A stretch of 64,000 bases of DNA from NCBI RefSeq assembly GCF_964204645.1, contig NC_134028.1:16933653-16997652 (forward strand). Reading direction: 5' to 3'. A program made the translations under genes and the position numbers. This document shows positions 29,251 to 43,200 of the stretch, piece after piece. Position 1 is the stretch's first letter; the number at the start of each line of letters is the position of its first letter. The notes below the pieces were generated by a model. It ran no database searches. It worked only from the letters and a program-made list of their open reading frames with translations, and was not told the DNA's origin. Origin of the DNA: Tubulanus polymorphus. Lineage: Eukaryota; Animalia; Nemertea.

Positions 29251-30791
29251 CTTAAAAACGCCCACTTAACGGGACTTACGTATGAGACCTGCAAATCGGG
29301 CCCTAGTAGAAGGGCATGTTTTTGAGCTACCAATGAAAGTCAAATCGGTATGAAACCACCTGAAGAGACGATGTATCACTTCAAGTTAGTCGATGTATTG
29401 CTTTCCCTTTATGAAAATGACTTTTCCTTTCAGACCGATTTTTTGGGCCTGTCCCCGTAATCCCTTTGGGTCTTTAACCCTTTCACACCTAAAAGTTTTT
29501 ATTTAAAAAAGAATATTAAATTTCCGTTAAATCATCATCAAGCTAACCATAACACCCCCGGCAGCTATAGAAATGAACAGATTACATATTCTATTGCAGT
29601 TTACAAAATTACTCGGCCAATTTAAAAGGAAAGATGGTATCATTATCTTAGCCTTAGAGATCCTTAGACCAACGAAATGATTAATGATGAACTAGTTAAT
29701 TTTGGGCTTGGGTAATCTAAATAAAATGCCGCTGACACATAATGCAAGATTGCTGAGAATTCACAAATTGTTAGTAGAGGCTATATTTGTCACGTAAGAA
29801 AAATCATATCGTGACGTTGGCATACAATGGTGCGCGCCGATTGGCCGTTCCGTCACGCAAATGCTTTAAAGGTGCGGCCGGAACTGCATCCGAAAATCTG
29901 CATCCCAATTGTATCTGATTTTGGAGTTGTGTCATGCAGATATATGTAGCCTATATACTTTAGTGTTACCCCTTTATCCTGATGCTGTTTCATTGTTTGA
30001 GGCCATATTTTATACGGAAATATTATTTTGCAATTAAATGGAGTGATAATTATTTAGATCGTAACTTTTCTGCTTTCTTTTTCTTCTATTTCGTTTTTCA
30101 TTGGTCATCGTTCGTATCAAAGCTTGCTCAATTCGAATCGGTCTATCCCAGCTTGAAGCCAAAATAGATGCTGGTTCAGTCGGATTAATTAGTTTTTTCA
30201 CCCATTTTAAGAAAATTTGACTATATCGAACGTGCAGGTATCTGGATCCAGGAAATCTGGGTAGCCGCTCTATTTTTGTGACGGTACCGAATTGGCTGCA
30301 ACGTGATTCCATTGCAGTTTTGATTCATTCATCGCTGATTTTGTAATACAGTCTGGAACAATTCTAGAGGCCAAATGCTCACAGTACTAACAGTGCTCAC
30401 AGTTGATACTTTTTACTGATTCAAGGGGACCACAGACTTGTCAGTTTAAAACCAGTAACCATGGGTAGTGTATAAACATATAATGATTAAACATTATTTT
30501 TTCCAACAAATTTACAAAATTTTACTGTGTGCAATGGAGAAATGCAACAATTATTGTGAGTACATTATTGCCTTTCATTTTTCGTTAATTTTAACATCTG
30601 GATAAGTGCAAAAAGTGCAAATATTGAAGTAATGCTCTCTAATAATATGATTTGTTGATAGGATCATGTATCCGTAGTCGCGATAGCTTTAAATTAGATG
30701 AAAGTGGCAGAAATCCCTTAAAATAAGTGCAATATCATCAATATCAATATAATATCGATATCATCGAGCCAGATTCATCTTACGAAAATGG

Positions 30792-31270
30792 TACACGTGT
30801 AATTGTAAATGAAAATACACGTGTAAAATTGGCCCAATTTTACACGTGTACTTTATCCCAATTACACGTGTACTTCATCCTAATTACACGTGTATTACAC
30901 GTGTACTTCATCCAAATTACACGTGTACTTCATCCTAACTACACGTGTAGTTCATCCTTATTACACGTGTATTTCATCCTGTATTACACATGTACTTTAT
31001 CCCAATTACACGTGTACTTCATCCTAATTACACGTGTACTTCATCCAAATTAAACGTGTACTTCATCCTAACTACACGTGTAGTTCATCCTTATTACACG
31101 TGTATTTCATCCTGTATTACACATGTACTTTATCCCAATTACACGTGTATTTCATCCTAATTACACGTGTATTTCATCCAGTGTTGCACGTGTACTTTAT
31201 CCTAATTACACGTGTATTTCATCCAATATTACACGTGTCTTACACGTGTACTTCATGCTAAATACATGTG
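30792..31270. repeat. ~21-bp minisatellite TCATCCTAATTACACGTGTAC (repeated at 33450-33845, 37014-37408, 40575-40970; related array 48720-48860)
   Basis: Direct reading; palindromic TACACGTGTA core. Confidence 0.95.
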
Positions 31271-34200
31271 TCTTTGATTGCCATTTTTTGTTGAATTCAA
31301 ATCAAACCACCATGTGAGGAAATCTCCTTAATCTATGTGCTGTTTAGAATGAACACTCAAGAGATTCACATTTTCCATACTAACTGATTTATTCATCTTC
31401 ATAAATTTTATAAATTTTTGAGTAATTGCATGTCTTATGTTGGCCTCTTTTGCACCCTTCTCCTTTCGACATTGTTCTGAAATGATAACCATTTGAAAAA
31501 AATTAAGCAAAAGTATACAATGATTTCTTTACGAGGATAAATAAATCAACTTCAGCTGCTTGGGATGATGATTAAATTATATAGCTTTTTCTAACAGTCT
31601 TCTGCATATAACAGCTAAGTTTTTTCACTCTTAATGACTTTATTTTAAGCCATATGGTGAAATGCTTGACAATCTGGAAATTTCAATGTTCAACGCCACC
31701 TGATGAAAAACAAGGGGTCTAGGGACACCATGCCCGTATGGTTACGAATGCTAAACAATCAACATAATGAAATAGAAACAGGACATTGAAACTCACCACA
31801 ATCATAGAACATGTCACAAGCTACAATTTTACAATTGATCGATGTTATAATGTATTCATAGGTACCAAAATAAATTAGACAAATTGTATATAATTCAATA
31901 CTCAACTCCCCCTGGTGGTGAGAACAAAAACCTGGGTAACCCCAATTCCACATGAGGTGAATACTACAAAAGTGGTAACAATTATCAAATATCAAGACTA
32001 TAAGCCTAATTTCATGTCCAGCATACAAGTTTAATTGCGATGATGGGCGCACAACAAAATCTAAATGACCCTGCAGTTTTTAGATTGGATGCATAAACAC
32101 TAAAGACACTCCGTTTTTATCCCTCACAATTGGAATGATCATTTACAATTTTTTCACTGGACATTCAATCATTTAAGGCCTACTAATACTATAGGCTAAC
32201 TAATTCAAATTTAATTCAATACTAGGTCATGTTGCTTTTCATTCCAATAAACATATTCTTTTAGTGACCTATAAACCTTTACTTTACTACATAACAATAA
32301 TCATACCTGAACAATCCACAACGCGTCCTTTATACGCGGGATAATAATAAATGGCCTTCGACTTTTTTGTTCTTCCACTTCCATTCCAATCCATTCTAAT
32401 AAATCTAATTCAATGATCCATTCAATGATCCACTATGTGTTTGACCTCAAACAAAGAAGCAGTGTCACTTTCGGCCCAGTTGTCAATGATCCCCTTTTAT
32501 GGACTGATTGTCATCCATTATTGCGTTTTGCAATCATTATGAGAATAGAATAGATCACAGGCACTCGCCGATGGGCTTGGGATACAGTTGCTGGGGTTTT
32601 TGATAGTGTATTTGTGTTTTCATTCGTTATTCTGCAATAAATCCGAGAAAAAATGCCTTGGTACTGATACGTTTATAAAGATAATGGCCGCTGGCTCCAC
32701 ACACGGCGACCTCACAAAATACTGAACAAACTTCATTTTTCAATCTAAAATCAAAACTTTTATTTTATACGACACTTACTAGTGATATGACAGTTATATA
32801 TCCTATTATTCCATCCAATTGTGAGACACTGTCAATTTGTGAAACGTCTTTAGTAATATAAAAGAAAAGGTAGTTGACGAAGCGTGAGCGTATAGGAAAA
32901 ACTTTACAGGCGTTGAGACGGCAACACTAGGTCACACGGGCACCTGCTACAAGTATTCCCCTTCTATATTCAAATAAAGCGGGATTTCGTTATGACGTCA
33001 CTCAGCGGTTGAACGACGTTCGGTGACCTAGTGTTGCCGTCTCAACGCCTGTAAAGTTTTTCCTATACGCTCACGCTTCGTCAACTACCTTTTTGTAGCG
33101 GAAATTCCGTGATGATGTTATAGGCGCCAAATTTAAATCACTTTCTTGCCTGCATAGCAGTTTTATAACCGGGCCAGAGCGCCAGTTTTGAATCCCTCAT
33201 GTATCGCCACAGATAGCGTCTAATATTTATAGATCCTTAAAATAGCATCAATTATTCAATTTCCTTATCCTTTATTCCCGTTTATAACCTGGTTACCTTT
33301 CTTACTGCGTTGCGGGACGAACTCAGCTCGCGTCCGGTCGAGTTGTGTTCGTTGGGGGATTTTACACAGACTATGTTGTCTTACCGTCTTTATAACTATT
33401 CGGCGGAACCAGTTGTTCAAAGAAATCAAACTGCTCTTAAAGCACATCATCCTAATTACACGTGTATTACACGTGTACTTCATCCAAATTACACGTGTAC
33501 TTCATCCTAACTACACGTGTAGTTCATCCTTATTACACGTGTATTTCATCCTGTATTACACATGTACTTTATCCCAATTACACGTGTACTTCATCCTAAT
33601 TACACGTGTACTTCATCCAAATTAAACGTGTACTTCATCCTAACTACACGTGTAGTTCATCCTTATTACACGTGTATTTCATCCTGTATTACACATGTAC
33701 TTTATCCCAATTACACGTGTATTTCATCCTAATTACACGTGTATTTCATCCAGTGTTGCACGTGTACTTTATCCTAATTACACGTGTATTTCATCCAATA
33801 TTACACGTGTCTTACACGTGTACTTCATGCTAAATACATGTGTCTTTGATTGCCATTTTTTGTTGAATTCAAATCAAACCACCATGTGAGGAAATCTCCT
33901 TAATCTATGTGCTGTTTAGAATGAACACTCAAGAGATTCACATTTTCCATACTAACTGATTTATTCATCTTCATAAATTTTATAAATTTTTGAGTAATTG
34001 CATGTCTTATGTTGGCCTCTTTTGCACCCTTCTCCTTTCGACATTGTTCTGAAATGATAACCATTTGAAAAAAATTAAGCAAAAGTATACAATGATTTCT
34101 TTACGAGGATAAATAAATCAACTTCAGCTGCTTGGGATGATGATTAAATTATATAGCTTTTTCTAACAGTCTTCTGCATATAACAGCTAAGTTTTTTCAC

Positions 34201-37200
34201 TCTTAATGACTTTATTTTAAGCCATATGGTGAAATGCTTGACAATCTGGAAATTTCAATGTTCAACGCCACCTGATGAAAAACAAGGGGTCTAGGGACAC
34301 CATGCCCGTATGGTTACGAATGCTAAACAATCAACATAATGAAATAGAAACAGGACATTGAAACTCACCACAATCATAGAACATGTCACAAGCTACAATT
34401 TTACAATTGATCGATGTTATAATGTATTCATAGGTACCAAAATAAATTAGACAAATTGTATATAATTCAATACTCAACTCCCCCTGGTGGTGAGAACAAA
34501 AACCTGGGTAACCCCAATTCCACATGAGGTGAATACTACAAAAGTGGTAACAATTATCAAATATCAAGACTATAAGTCAAAACCTGTCGATATTTTCCTT
34601 CAAAAACCTTCTTCTATCTACGAATGAGAACTGATGACACCAAGATGGCTGCCAAATGTGTCATGCTTGACTGATCGAAAAATCTGTCTCGTATGTTTTA
34701 GATTGTTAAAAAATGTATACCCATCTCAAATTTCAAAGAAAAATTGCAAACCATTAGGCAGCTACAAGGCAAAAATGACCTTTTTGGGTACAAAAAAGGT
34801 CACATGATGGCCATCTTGTGTCAAGATGGCCATCTTCATCTTCAAAATCTCCTTTGAAAATTCCACCCTATGATCAAAGTGCACAAACCCCATACAACCG
34901 TTTCACACAGGGAGACCTGTATTGACTAGTGCCCTTTTCATAAGAGCTGAACCCTCGTTCTTCCAGCTTGGATCCGCCCCTGTAAAACAACAACAAATGA
35001 ATGCTAGCCATTATATATTGAATTCATGTAGCCTACTTACGTATTATTTAGCTGACCCGGTTTGGGTCCAACTTTTTTCCTCATGGAAGACTTTCATTGC
35101 GTCACATCCAGTCCAATGCCTTGACAATTAGTTCTTCTTTTAAATGAGTGGACAACAGCATGCATGCACCCAACAGTATTAGGTTTTCCGACTAATCAGC
35201 GTATGGCAGCAGCTGTTGTATCATCCAATAGTGAGTAGGCATCCTAAAATGAGAAGAATTTACAATGCTTACGCTATAATCTTTACTAAAACCATTCCGA
35301 CGCTCATATAATATATAATGTAAATACCTGATTTTCATCACGCTGTCGTTGTTGAGAAATCAGTGGAGAATTGAAGGCGCTAACATCGTTTTCCAACAAT
35401 CCCCCAGTGGACACATTTTTAAGCCAAAAAAACGGGAATTCCAATTTTATAGTGTCTGTCCTTGGATCAATTCTTATTGGTGTAGACCCTATAAAGTTTG
35501 AAAAAAAAATGGTCAAGAATTGATTGCACCAACGTCGTTTTTGCCCCCAGTCGAAACTCCGACAGCGACCTAATTTCATGTCCAGCATACAAGTTTAATT
35601 GCGATGATGGGCGCACAACAAAATCTAAATGACCCTGCAGTTTTTAGATTGGATGCATAAACACTAAAGACACTCCGTTTTTATCCCTCACAATTGGAAT
35701 GATCATTTACAATTTTTTCACTGGACATTCAATCATTTAAGGCCTACTAATACTATAGGCTAACTAATTCAAATTTAATTCAATACTAGGTCATGTTGCT
35801 TTTCATTCCAATAAACATATTCTTTTAGTGACCTATAAACCTTTACTTTACTACATAACAATAATCATACCTGAACAATCCACAACGCGTCCTTTATACG
35901 CGGGATAATAATAAATGGCCTTCGACTTTTTTGTTCTTCCACTTCCATTCCAATCCATTCTAATAAATCTAATTCAATGATCCATTCAATGATCCACTAT
36001 GTGTTTGACCTCAAACAAAGAAGCAGTGTCACTTTCGGCCCAGTTGTCAATGATCCCCTTTTATGGACTGATTGTCATCCATTATTGCGTTTTGCAATCA
36101 TTATGAGAATAGAATAGATCACAGGCACTCGCCGATGGGCTTGGGATACAGTTGCTGGGGTTTTTGATAGTGTATTTGTGTTTTCATTCGTTATTCTGCA
36201 ATAAATCCGAGAAAAAATGCCTTGGTACTGATACGTTTATAAAGATAATGGCCGCTGGCTCCACACACGGCGACCTCACAAAATACTGAACAAACTTCAT
36301 TTTTCAATCTAAAATCAAAACTTTTATTTTATACGACACTTACTAGTGATATGACAGTTATATATCCTATTATTCCATCCAATTGTGAGACACTGTCAAT
36401 TTGTGAAACGTCTTTAGTAATATAAAAGAAAAGGTAGTTGACGAAGCGTGAGCGTATAGGAAAAACTTTACAGGCGTTGAGACGGCAACACTAGGTCACA
36501 CGGGCACCTGCTACAAGTATTCCCCTTCTATATTCAAATAAAGCGGGATTTCGTTATGACGTCACTCAGCGGTTGAACGACGTTCGGTGACCTAGTGTTG
36601 CCGTCTCAACGCCTGTAAAGTTTTTCCTATACGCTCACGCTTCGTCAACTACCTTTTTGTAGCGGAAATTCCGTGATGATGTTATAGGCGCCAAATTTAA
36701 ATCACTTTCTTGCCTGCATAGCAGTTTTATAACCGGGCCAGAGCGCCAGTTTTGAATCCCTCATGTATCGCCACAGATAGCGTCTAATATTTATAGATCC
36801 TTAAAATAGCATCAATTATTCAATTTCCTTATCCTTTATTCCCGTTTATAACCTGGTTACCTTTCTTACTGCGTTGCGGGACGAACTCAGCTCGCGTCCG
36901 GTCGAGTTGTGTTCGTTGGGGGATTTTACACAGACTATGTTGTCTTACCGTCTTTATAACTATTCGGCGGAACCAGTTGTTCAAAGAAATCAAACTGCTC
37001 TTAAAGCACATCATCCTAATTACACGTGTATTACACGTGTACTTCATCCAAATTACACGTGTACTTCATCCTAACTACACGTGTAGTTCATCCTTATTAC
37101 ACGTGTATTTCATCCTGTATTACACATGTACTTTATCCCAATTACACGTGTACTTCATCCTAATTACACGTGTACTTCATCCAAATTAAACGTGTACTTC

Positions 37201-40200
37201 ATCCTAACTACACGTGTAGTTCATCCTTATTACACGTGTATTTCATCCTGTATTACACATGTACTTTATCCCAATTACACGTGTATTTCATCCTAATTAC
37301 ACGTGTATTTCATCCAGTGTTGCACGTGTACTTTATCCTAATTACACGTGTATTTCATCCAATATTACACGTGTCTTACACGTGTACTTCATGCTAAATA
37401 CATGTGTCTTTGATTGCCATTTTTTGTTGAATTCAAATCAAACCACCATGTGAGGAAATCTCCTTAATCTATGTGCTGTTTAGAATGAACACTCAAGAGA
37501 TTCACATTTTCCATACTAACTGATTTATTCATCTTCATAAATTTTATAAATTTTTGAGTAATTGCATGTCTTATGTTGGCCTCTTTTGCACCCTTCTCCT
37601 TTCGACATTGTTCTGAAATGATAACCATTTGAAAAAAATTAAGCAAAAGTATACAATGATTTCTTTACGAGGATAAATAAATCAACTTCAGCTGCTTGGG
37701 ATGATGATTAAATTATATAGCTTTTTCTAACAGTCTTCTGCATATAACAGCTAAGTTTTTTCACTCTTAATGACTTTATTTTAAGCCATATGGTGAAATG
37801 CTTGACAATCTGGAAATTTCAATGTTCAACGCCACCTGATGAAAAACAAGGGGTCTAGGGACACCATGCCCGTATGGTTACGAATGCTAAACAATCAACA
37901 TAATGAAATAGAAACAGGACATTGAAACTCACCACAATCATAGAACATGTCACAAGCTACAATTTTACAATTGATCGATGTTATAATGTATTCATAGGTA
38001 CCAAAATAAATTAGACAAATTGTATATAATTCAATACTCAACTCCCCCTGGTGGTGAGAACAAAAACCTGGGTAACCCCAATTCCACATGAGGTGAATAC
38101 TACAAAAGTGGTAACAATTATCAAATATCAAGACTATAAGTCAAAACCTGTCGATATTTTCCTTCAAAAACCTTCTTCTATCTACGAATGAGAACTGATG
38201 ACACCAAGATGGCTGCCAAATGTGTCATGCTTGACTGATCGAAAAATCTGTCTCGTATGTTTTAGATTGTTAAAAAATGTATACCCATCTCAAATTTCAA
38301 AGAAAAATTGCAAACCATTAGGCAGCTACAAGGCAAAAATGACCTTTTTGGGTACAAAAAAGGTCACATGATGGCCATCTTGTGTCAAGATGGCCATCTT
38401 CATCTTCAAAATCTCCTTTGAAAATTCCACCCTATGATCAAAGTGCACAAACCCCATACAACCGTTTCACACAGGGAGACCTGTATTGACTAGTGCCCTT
38501 TTCATAAGAGCTGAACCCTCGTTCTTCCAGCTTGGATCCGCCCCTGTAAAACAACAACAAATGAATGCTAGCCATTATATATTGAATTCATGTAGCCTAC
38601 TTACGTATTATTTAGCTGACCCGGTTTGGGTCCAACTTTTTTCCTCATGGAAGACTTTCATTGCGTCACATCCAGTCCAATGCCTTGACAATTAGTTCTT
38701 CTTTTAAATGAGTGGACAACAGCATGCATGCACCCAACAGTATTAGGTTTTCCGACTAATCAGCGTATGGCAGCAGCTGTTGTATCATCCAATAGTGAGT
38801 AGGCATCCTAAAATGAGAAGAATTTACAATGCTTACGCTATAATCTTTACTAAAACCATTCCGACGCTCATATAATATATAATGTAAATACCTGATTTTC
38901 ATCACGCTGTCGTTGTTGAGAAATCAGTGGAGAATTGAAGGCGCTAACATCGTTTTCCAACAATCCCCCAGTGGACACATTTTTAAGCCAAAAAAACGGG
39001 AATTCCAATTTTATAGTGTCTGTCCTTGGATCAATTCTTATTGGTGTAGACCCTATAAAGTTTGAAAAAAAAATGGTCAAGAATTGATTGCACCAACGTC
39101 GTTTTTGCCCCCAGTCGAAACTCCGACAGCGACCTAATTTCATGTCCAGCATACAAGTTTAATTGCGATGATGGGCGCACAACAAAATCTAAATGACCCT
39201 GCAGTTTTTAGATTGGATGCATAAACACTAAAGACACTCCGTTTTTATCCCTCACAATTGGAATGATCATTTACAATTTTTTCACTGGACATTCAATCAT
39301 TTAAGGCCTACTAATACTATAGGCTAACTAATTCAAATTTAATTCAATACTAGGTCATGTTGCTTTTCATTCCAATAAACATATTCTTTTAGTGACCTAT
39401 AAACCTTTACTTTACTACATAACAATAATCATACCTGAACAATCCACAACGCGTCCTTTATACGCGGGATAATAATAAATGGCCTTCGACTTTTTTGTTC
39501 TTCCACTTCCATTCCAATCCATTCTAATAAATCTAATTCAATGATCCATTCAATGATCCACTATGTGTTTGACCTCAAACAAAGAAGCAGTGTCACTTTC
39601 GGCCCAGTTGTCAATGATCCCCTTTTATGGACTGATTGTCATCCATTATTGCGTTTTGCAATCATTATGAGAATAGAATAGATCACAGGCACTCGCCGAT
39701 GGGCTTGGGATACAGTTGCTGGGTTTTTGATAGTGTATTTGTGTTTTCATTCGTTATTCTGCAATAAATCCGAGAAAAATGCCTTGGTACTGATACGTTT
39801 ATAAAGATAATGGCCGCTGGCTCCACACACGGCGACCTCACAAAATACTGAACAAACTTCATTTTTCAATCTAAAATCAAAACTTTTATTTTATACGACA
39901 CTTACTAGTGATATGACAGTTATATATCCTATTATTCCATCCAATTGTGAGACACTGTCAATTTGTGAAACGTCTTTAGTAATATAAAAGAAAAGGTAGT
40001 TGACGAAGCGTGAGCGTATAGGAAAAACTTTACAGGCGTTGAGACGGCAACACTAGGTCACACGGGCACCTGCTACAAGTATTCCCCTTCTATATTCAAA
40101 TAAAGCGGGATTTCGTTATGACGTCACTCAGCGGTTGAACGACGTTCGGTGACCTAGTGTTGCCGTCTCAACGCCTGTAAAGTTTTTCCTATACGCTCAC

Positions 40201-43200
40201 GCTTCGTCAACTACCTTTTTGTAGCGGAAATTCCGTGATGATGTTATAGGCGCCAAATTTAAATCACTTTCTTGCCTGCATAGCAGTTTTATAACCGGGC
40301 CAGAGCGCCAGTTTTGAATCCCTCATGTATCGCCACAGATAGCGTCTAATATTTATAGATCCTTAAAATAGCATCAATTATTCAATTTCCTTATCCTTTA
40401 TTCCCGTTTATAACCTGGTTACCTTTCTTACTGCGTTGCGGACGAACTCAGCTCGCGTCCGGTCGAGTTGTGTTCGTTGGGGGATTTTACACAGACTATG
40501 TTGTCTTACCGTCTTTATAACTATTCGGCGGAACCAGTTGTTCAAAGAAATCAAACTGCTCTTAAAGCACATCATCCTAATTACACGTGTATTACACGTG
40601 TACTTCATCCAAATTACACGTGTACTTCATCCTAACTACACGTGTAGTTCATCCTTATTACACGTGTATTTCATCCTGTATTACACATGTACTTTATCCC
40701 AATTACACGTGTACTTCATCCTAATTACACGTGTACTTCATCCAAATTAAACGTGTACTTCATCCTAACTACACGTGTAGTTCATCCTTATTACACGTGT
40801 ATTTCATCCTGTATTACACATGTACTTTATCCCAATTACACGTGTATTTCATCCTAATTACACGTGTATTTCATCCAGTGTTGCACGTGTACTTTATCCT
40901 AATTACACGTGTATTTCATCCAATATTACACGTGTCTTACACGTGTACTTCATGCTAAATACATGTGTCTTTGATTGCCATTTTTTGTTGAATTCAAATC
41001 AAACCACCATGTGAGGAAATCTCCTTAATCTATGTGCTGTTTAGAATGAACACTCAAGAGATTCACATTTTCCATACTAACTGATTTATTCATCTTCATA
41101 AATTTTATAAATTTTTGAGTAATTGCATGTCTTATGTTGGCCTCTTTTGCACCCTTCTCCTTTCGACATTGTTCTGAAATGATAACCATTTGAAAAAAAT
41201 TAAGCAAAAGTATACAATGATTTCTTTACGAGGATAAATAAATCAACTTCAGCTGCTTGGGATGATGATTAAATTATATAGCTTTTTCTAACAGTCTTCT
41301 GCATATAACAGCTAAGTTTTTTCACTCTTAATGACTTTATTTTAAGCCATATGGTGAAATGCTTGACAATCTGGAAATTTCAATGTTCAACGCCACCTGA
41401 TGAAAAACAAGGGGTCTAGGGACACCATGCCCGTATGGTTACGAATGCTAAACAATCAACATAATGAAATAGAAACAGGACATTGAAACTCACCACAATC
41501 ATAGAACATGTCACAAGCTACAATTTTACAATTGATCGATGTTATAATGTATTCATAGGTACCAAAATAAATTAGACAAATTGTATATAATTCAATACTC
41601 AACTCCCCCTGGTGGTGAGAACAAAAACCTGGGTAACCCCAATTCCACATGAGGTGAATACTACAAAAGTGGTAACAATTATCAAATATCAAGACTATAA
41701 GTCAAAACCTGTCGATATTTTCCTTCAAAAACCTTCTTCTATCTACGAATGAGAACTGATGACACCAAGATGGCTGCCAAATGTGTCATGCTTGACTGAT
41801 CGAAAAATCTGTCTCGTATGTTTTAGATTGTTAAAAAATGTATACCCATCTCAAATTTCAAAGAAAAATTGCAAACCATTAGGCAGCTACAAGGCAAAAA
41901 TGACCTTTTTGGGTACAAAAAAGGTCACATGATGGCCATCTTGTGTCAAGATGGCCATCTTCATCTTCAAAATCTCCTTTGAAAACTTCAAAAAATTGCA
42001 TAAGTGGTGATTTTGGGGAACGAAAATGGCCAATGCAGTTGGCCATCTTGATTCGGACCAGTTTTGGGCTGAAGACATGTCTAGGATAGATATGTGTGTA
42101 ACTTAAATATCAAGAGTATTAAAACTTCCCAAAATACTGGATTCCATCTACAGACGAACAAAGGGTGAATGCAATAGCCCGCTTGCTTGGACTTACGTCT
42201 CAAATGGGCTAAAGCTGGGGACACATTAGGCAATTTCGTCGAGCACTTAAGTTGTGCAACGAAATCGTCGGTAAAATCACCTAGTTTGTCAGGGTCTGCG
42301 CCGACTGAATCGCCCGAATCCAACACGTCCTGCGACTGAATCACCCAACGCATCAGACCACGGTGATTGTTCGCCTTGAGCGCCATATTAAACGTTAAAC
42401 CCTCCCCTTTTCTGACCAAGTGCCCTTTTGAATCACAGGTGAAAAATTCCACCCTATGATCAAAGTGCACAAACCCCATACAACCGTTTCACACAGGGAG
42501 ACCTGTATTGACTAGTGCCCTTTTCATAAGAGCTGAACCCTCGTTCTTCCAGCTTGGATCCGCCCCTGTAAAACAACAACAAATGAATGCTAGCCATTAT
42601 ATATTGAATTCATGTAGCCTACTTACGTATTATTTAGCTGACCCGGTTTGGGTCCAACTTTTTTCCTCATGGAAGACTTTCATTGCGTCACATCCAGTCC
42701 AATGCCTTGACAATTAGTTCTTCTTTTAAATGAGTGGACAACAGCATGCATGCACCCAACAGTATTAGGTTTTCCGACTAATCAGCGTATGGCAGCAGCT
42801 GTTGTATCATCCAATAGTGAGTAGGCATCCTAAAATGAGAAGAATTTACAATGCTTACGCTATAATCTTTACTAAAACCATTCCGACGCTCATATAATAT
42901 ATAATGTAAATACCTGATTTTCATCACGCTGTCGTTGTTGAGAAATCAGTGGAGAATTGAAGGCGCTAACATCGTTTTCCAACAATCCCCCAGTGGACAC
43001 ATTTTTAAGCCAAAAAAACGGGAATTCCAATTTTATAGTGTCTGTCCTTGGATCAATTCTTATTGGTGTAGACCCTATAAAGTTTGAAAAAAAAAATGGT
43101 CAAGAATTGATTGCACCAACGTCGTTTTTGCCCCCAGTCGAAACTCCGACAGCGACCTAATTTCATGTCCAGCATACAAGTTTAATTGCGATGATGGGCG

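Noticed and set aside
30792-31270. E-box (CACGTG) super-enhancer, or repetitive YTC/TRV proteins
   Set aside because: Better explained as subterminal repeats of the TIR element, mirrored at 48720-48860; the ORFs are repeat artefacts.
32865-33093. Stand-alone 229-bp MITE or miRNA hairpin
   Set aside because: Its arms are the inner continuation of the ~380-bp TIRs of the larger foldback element (43707-47478).
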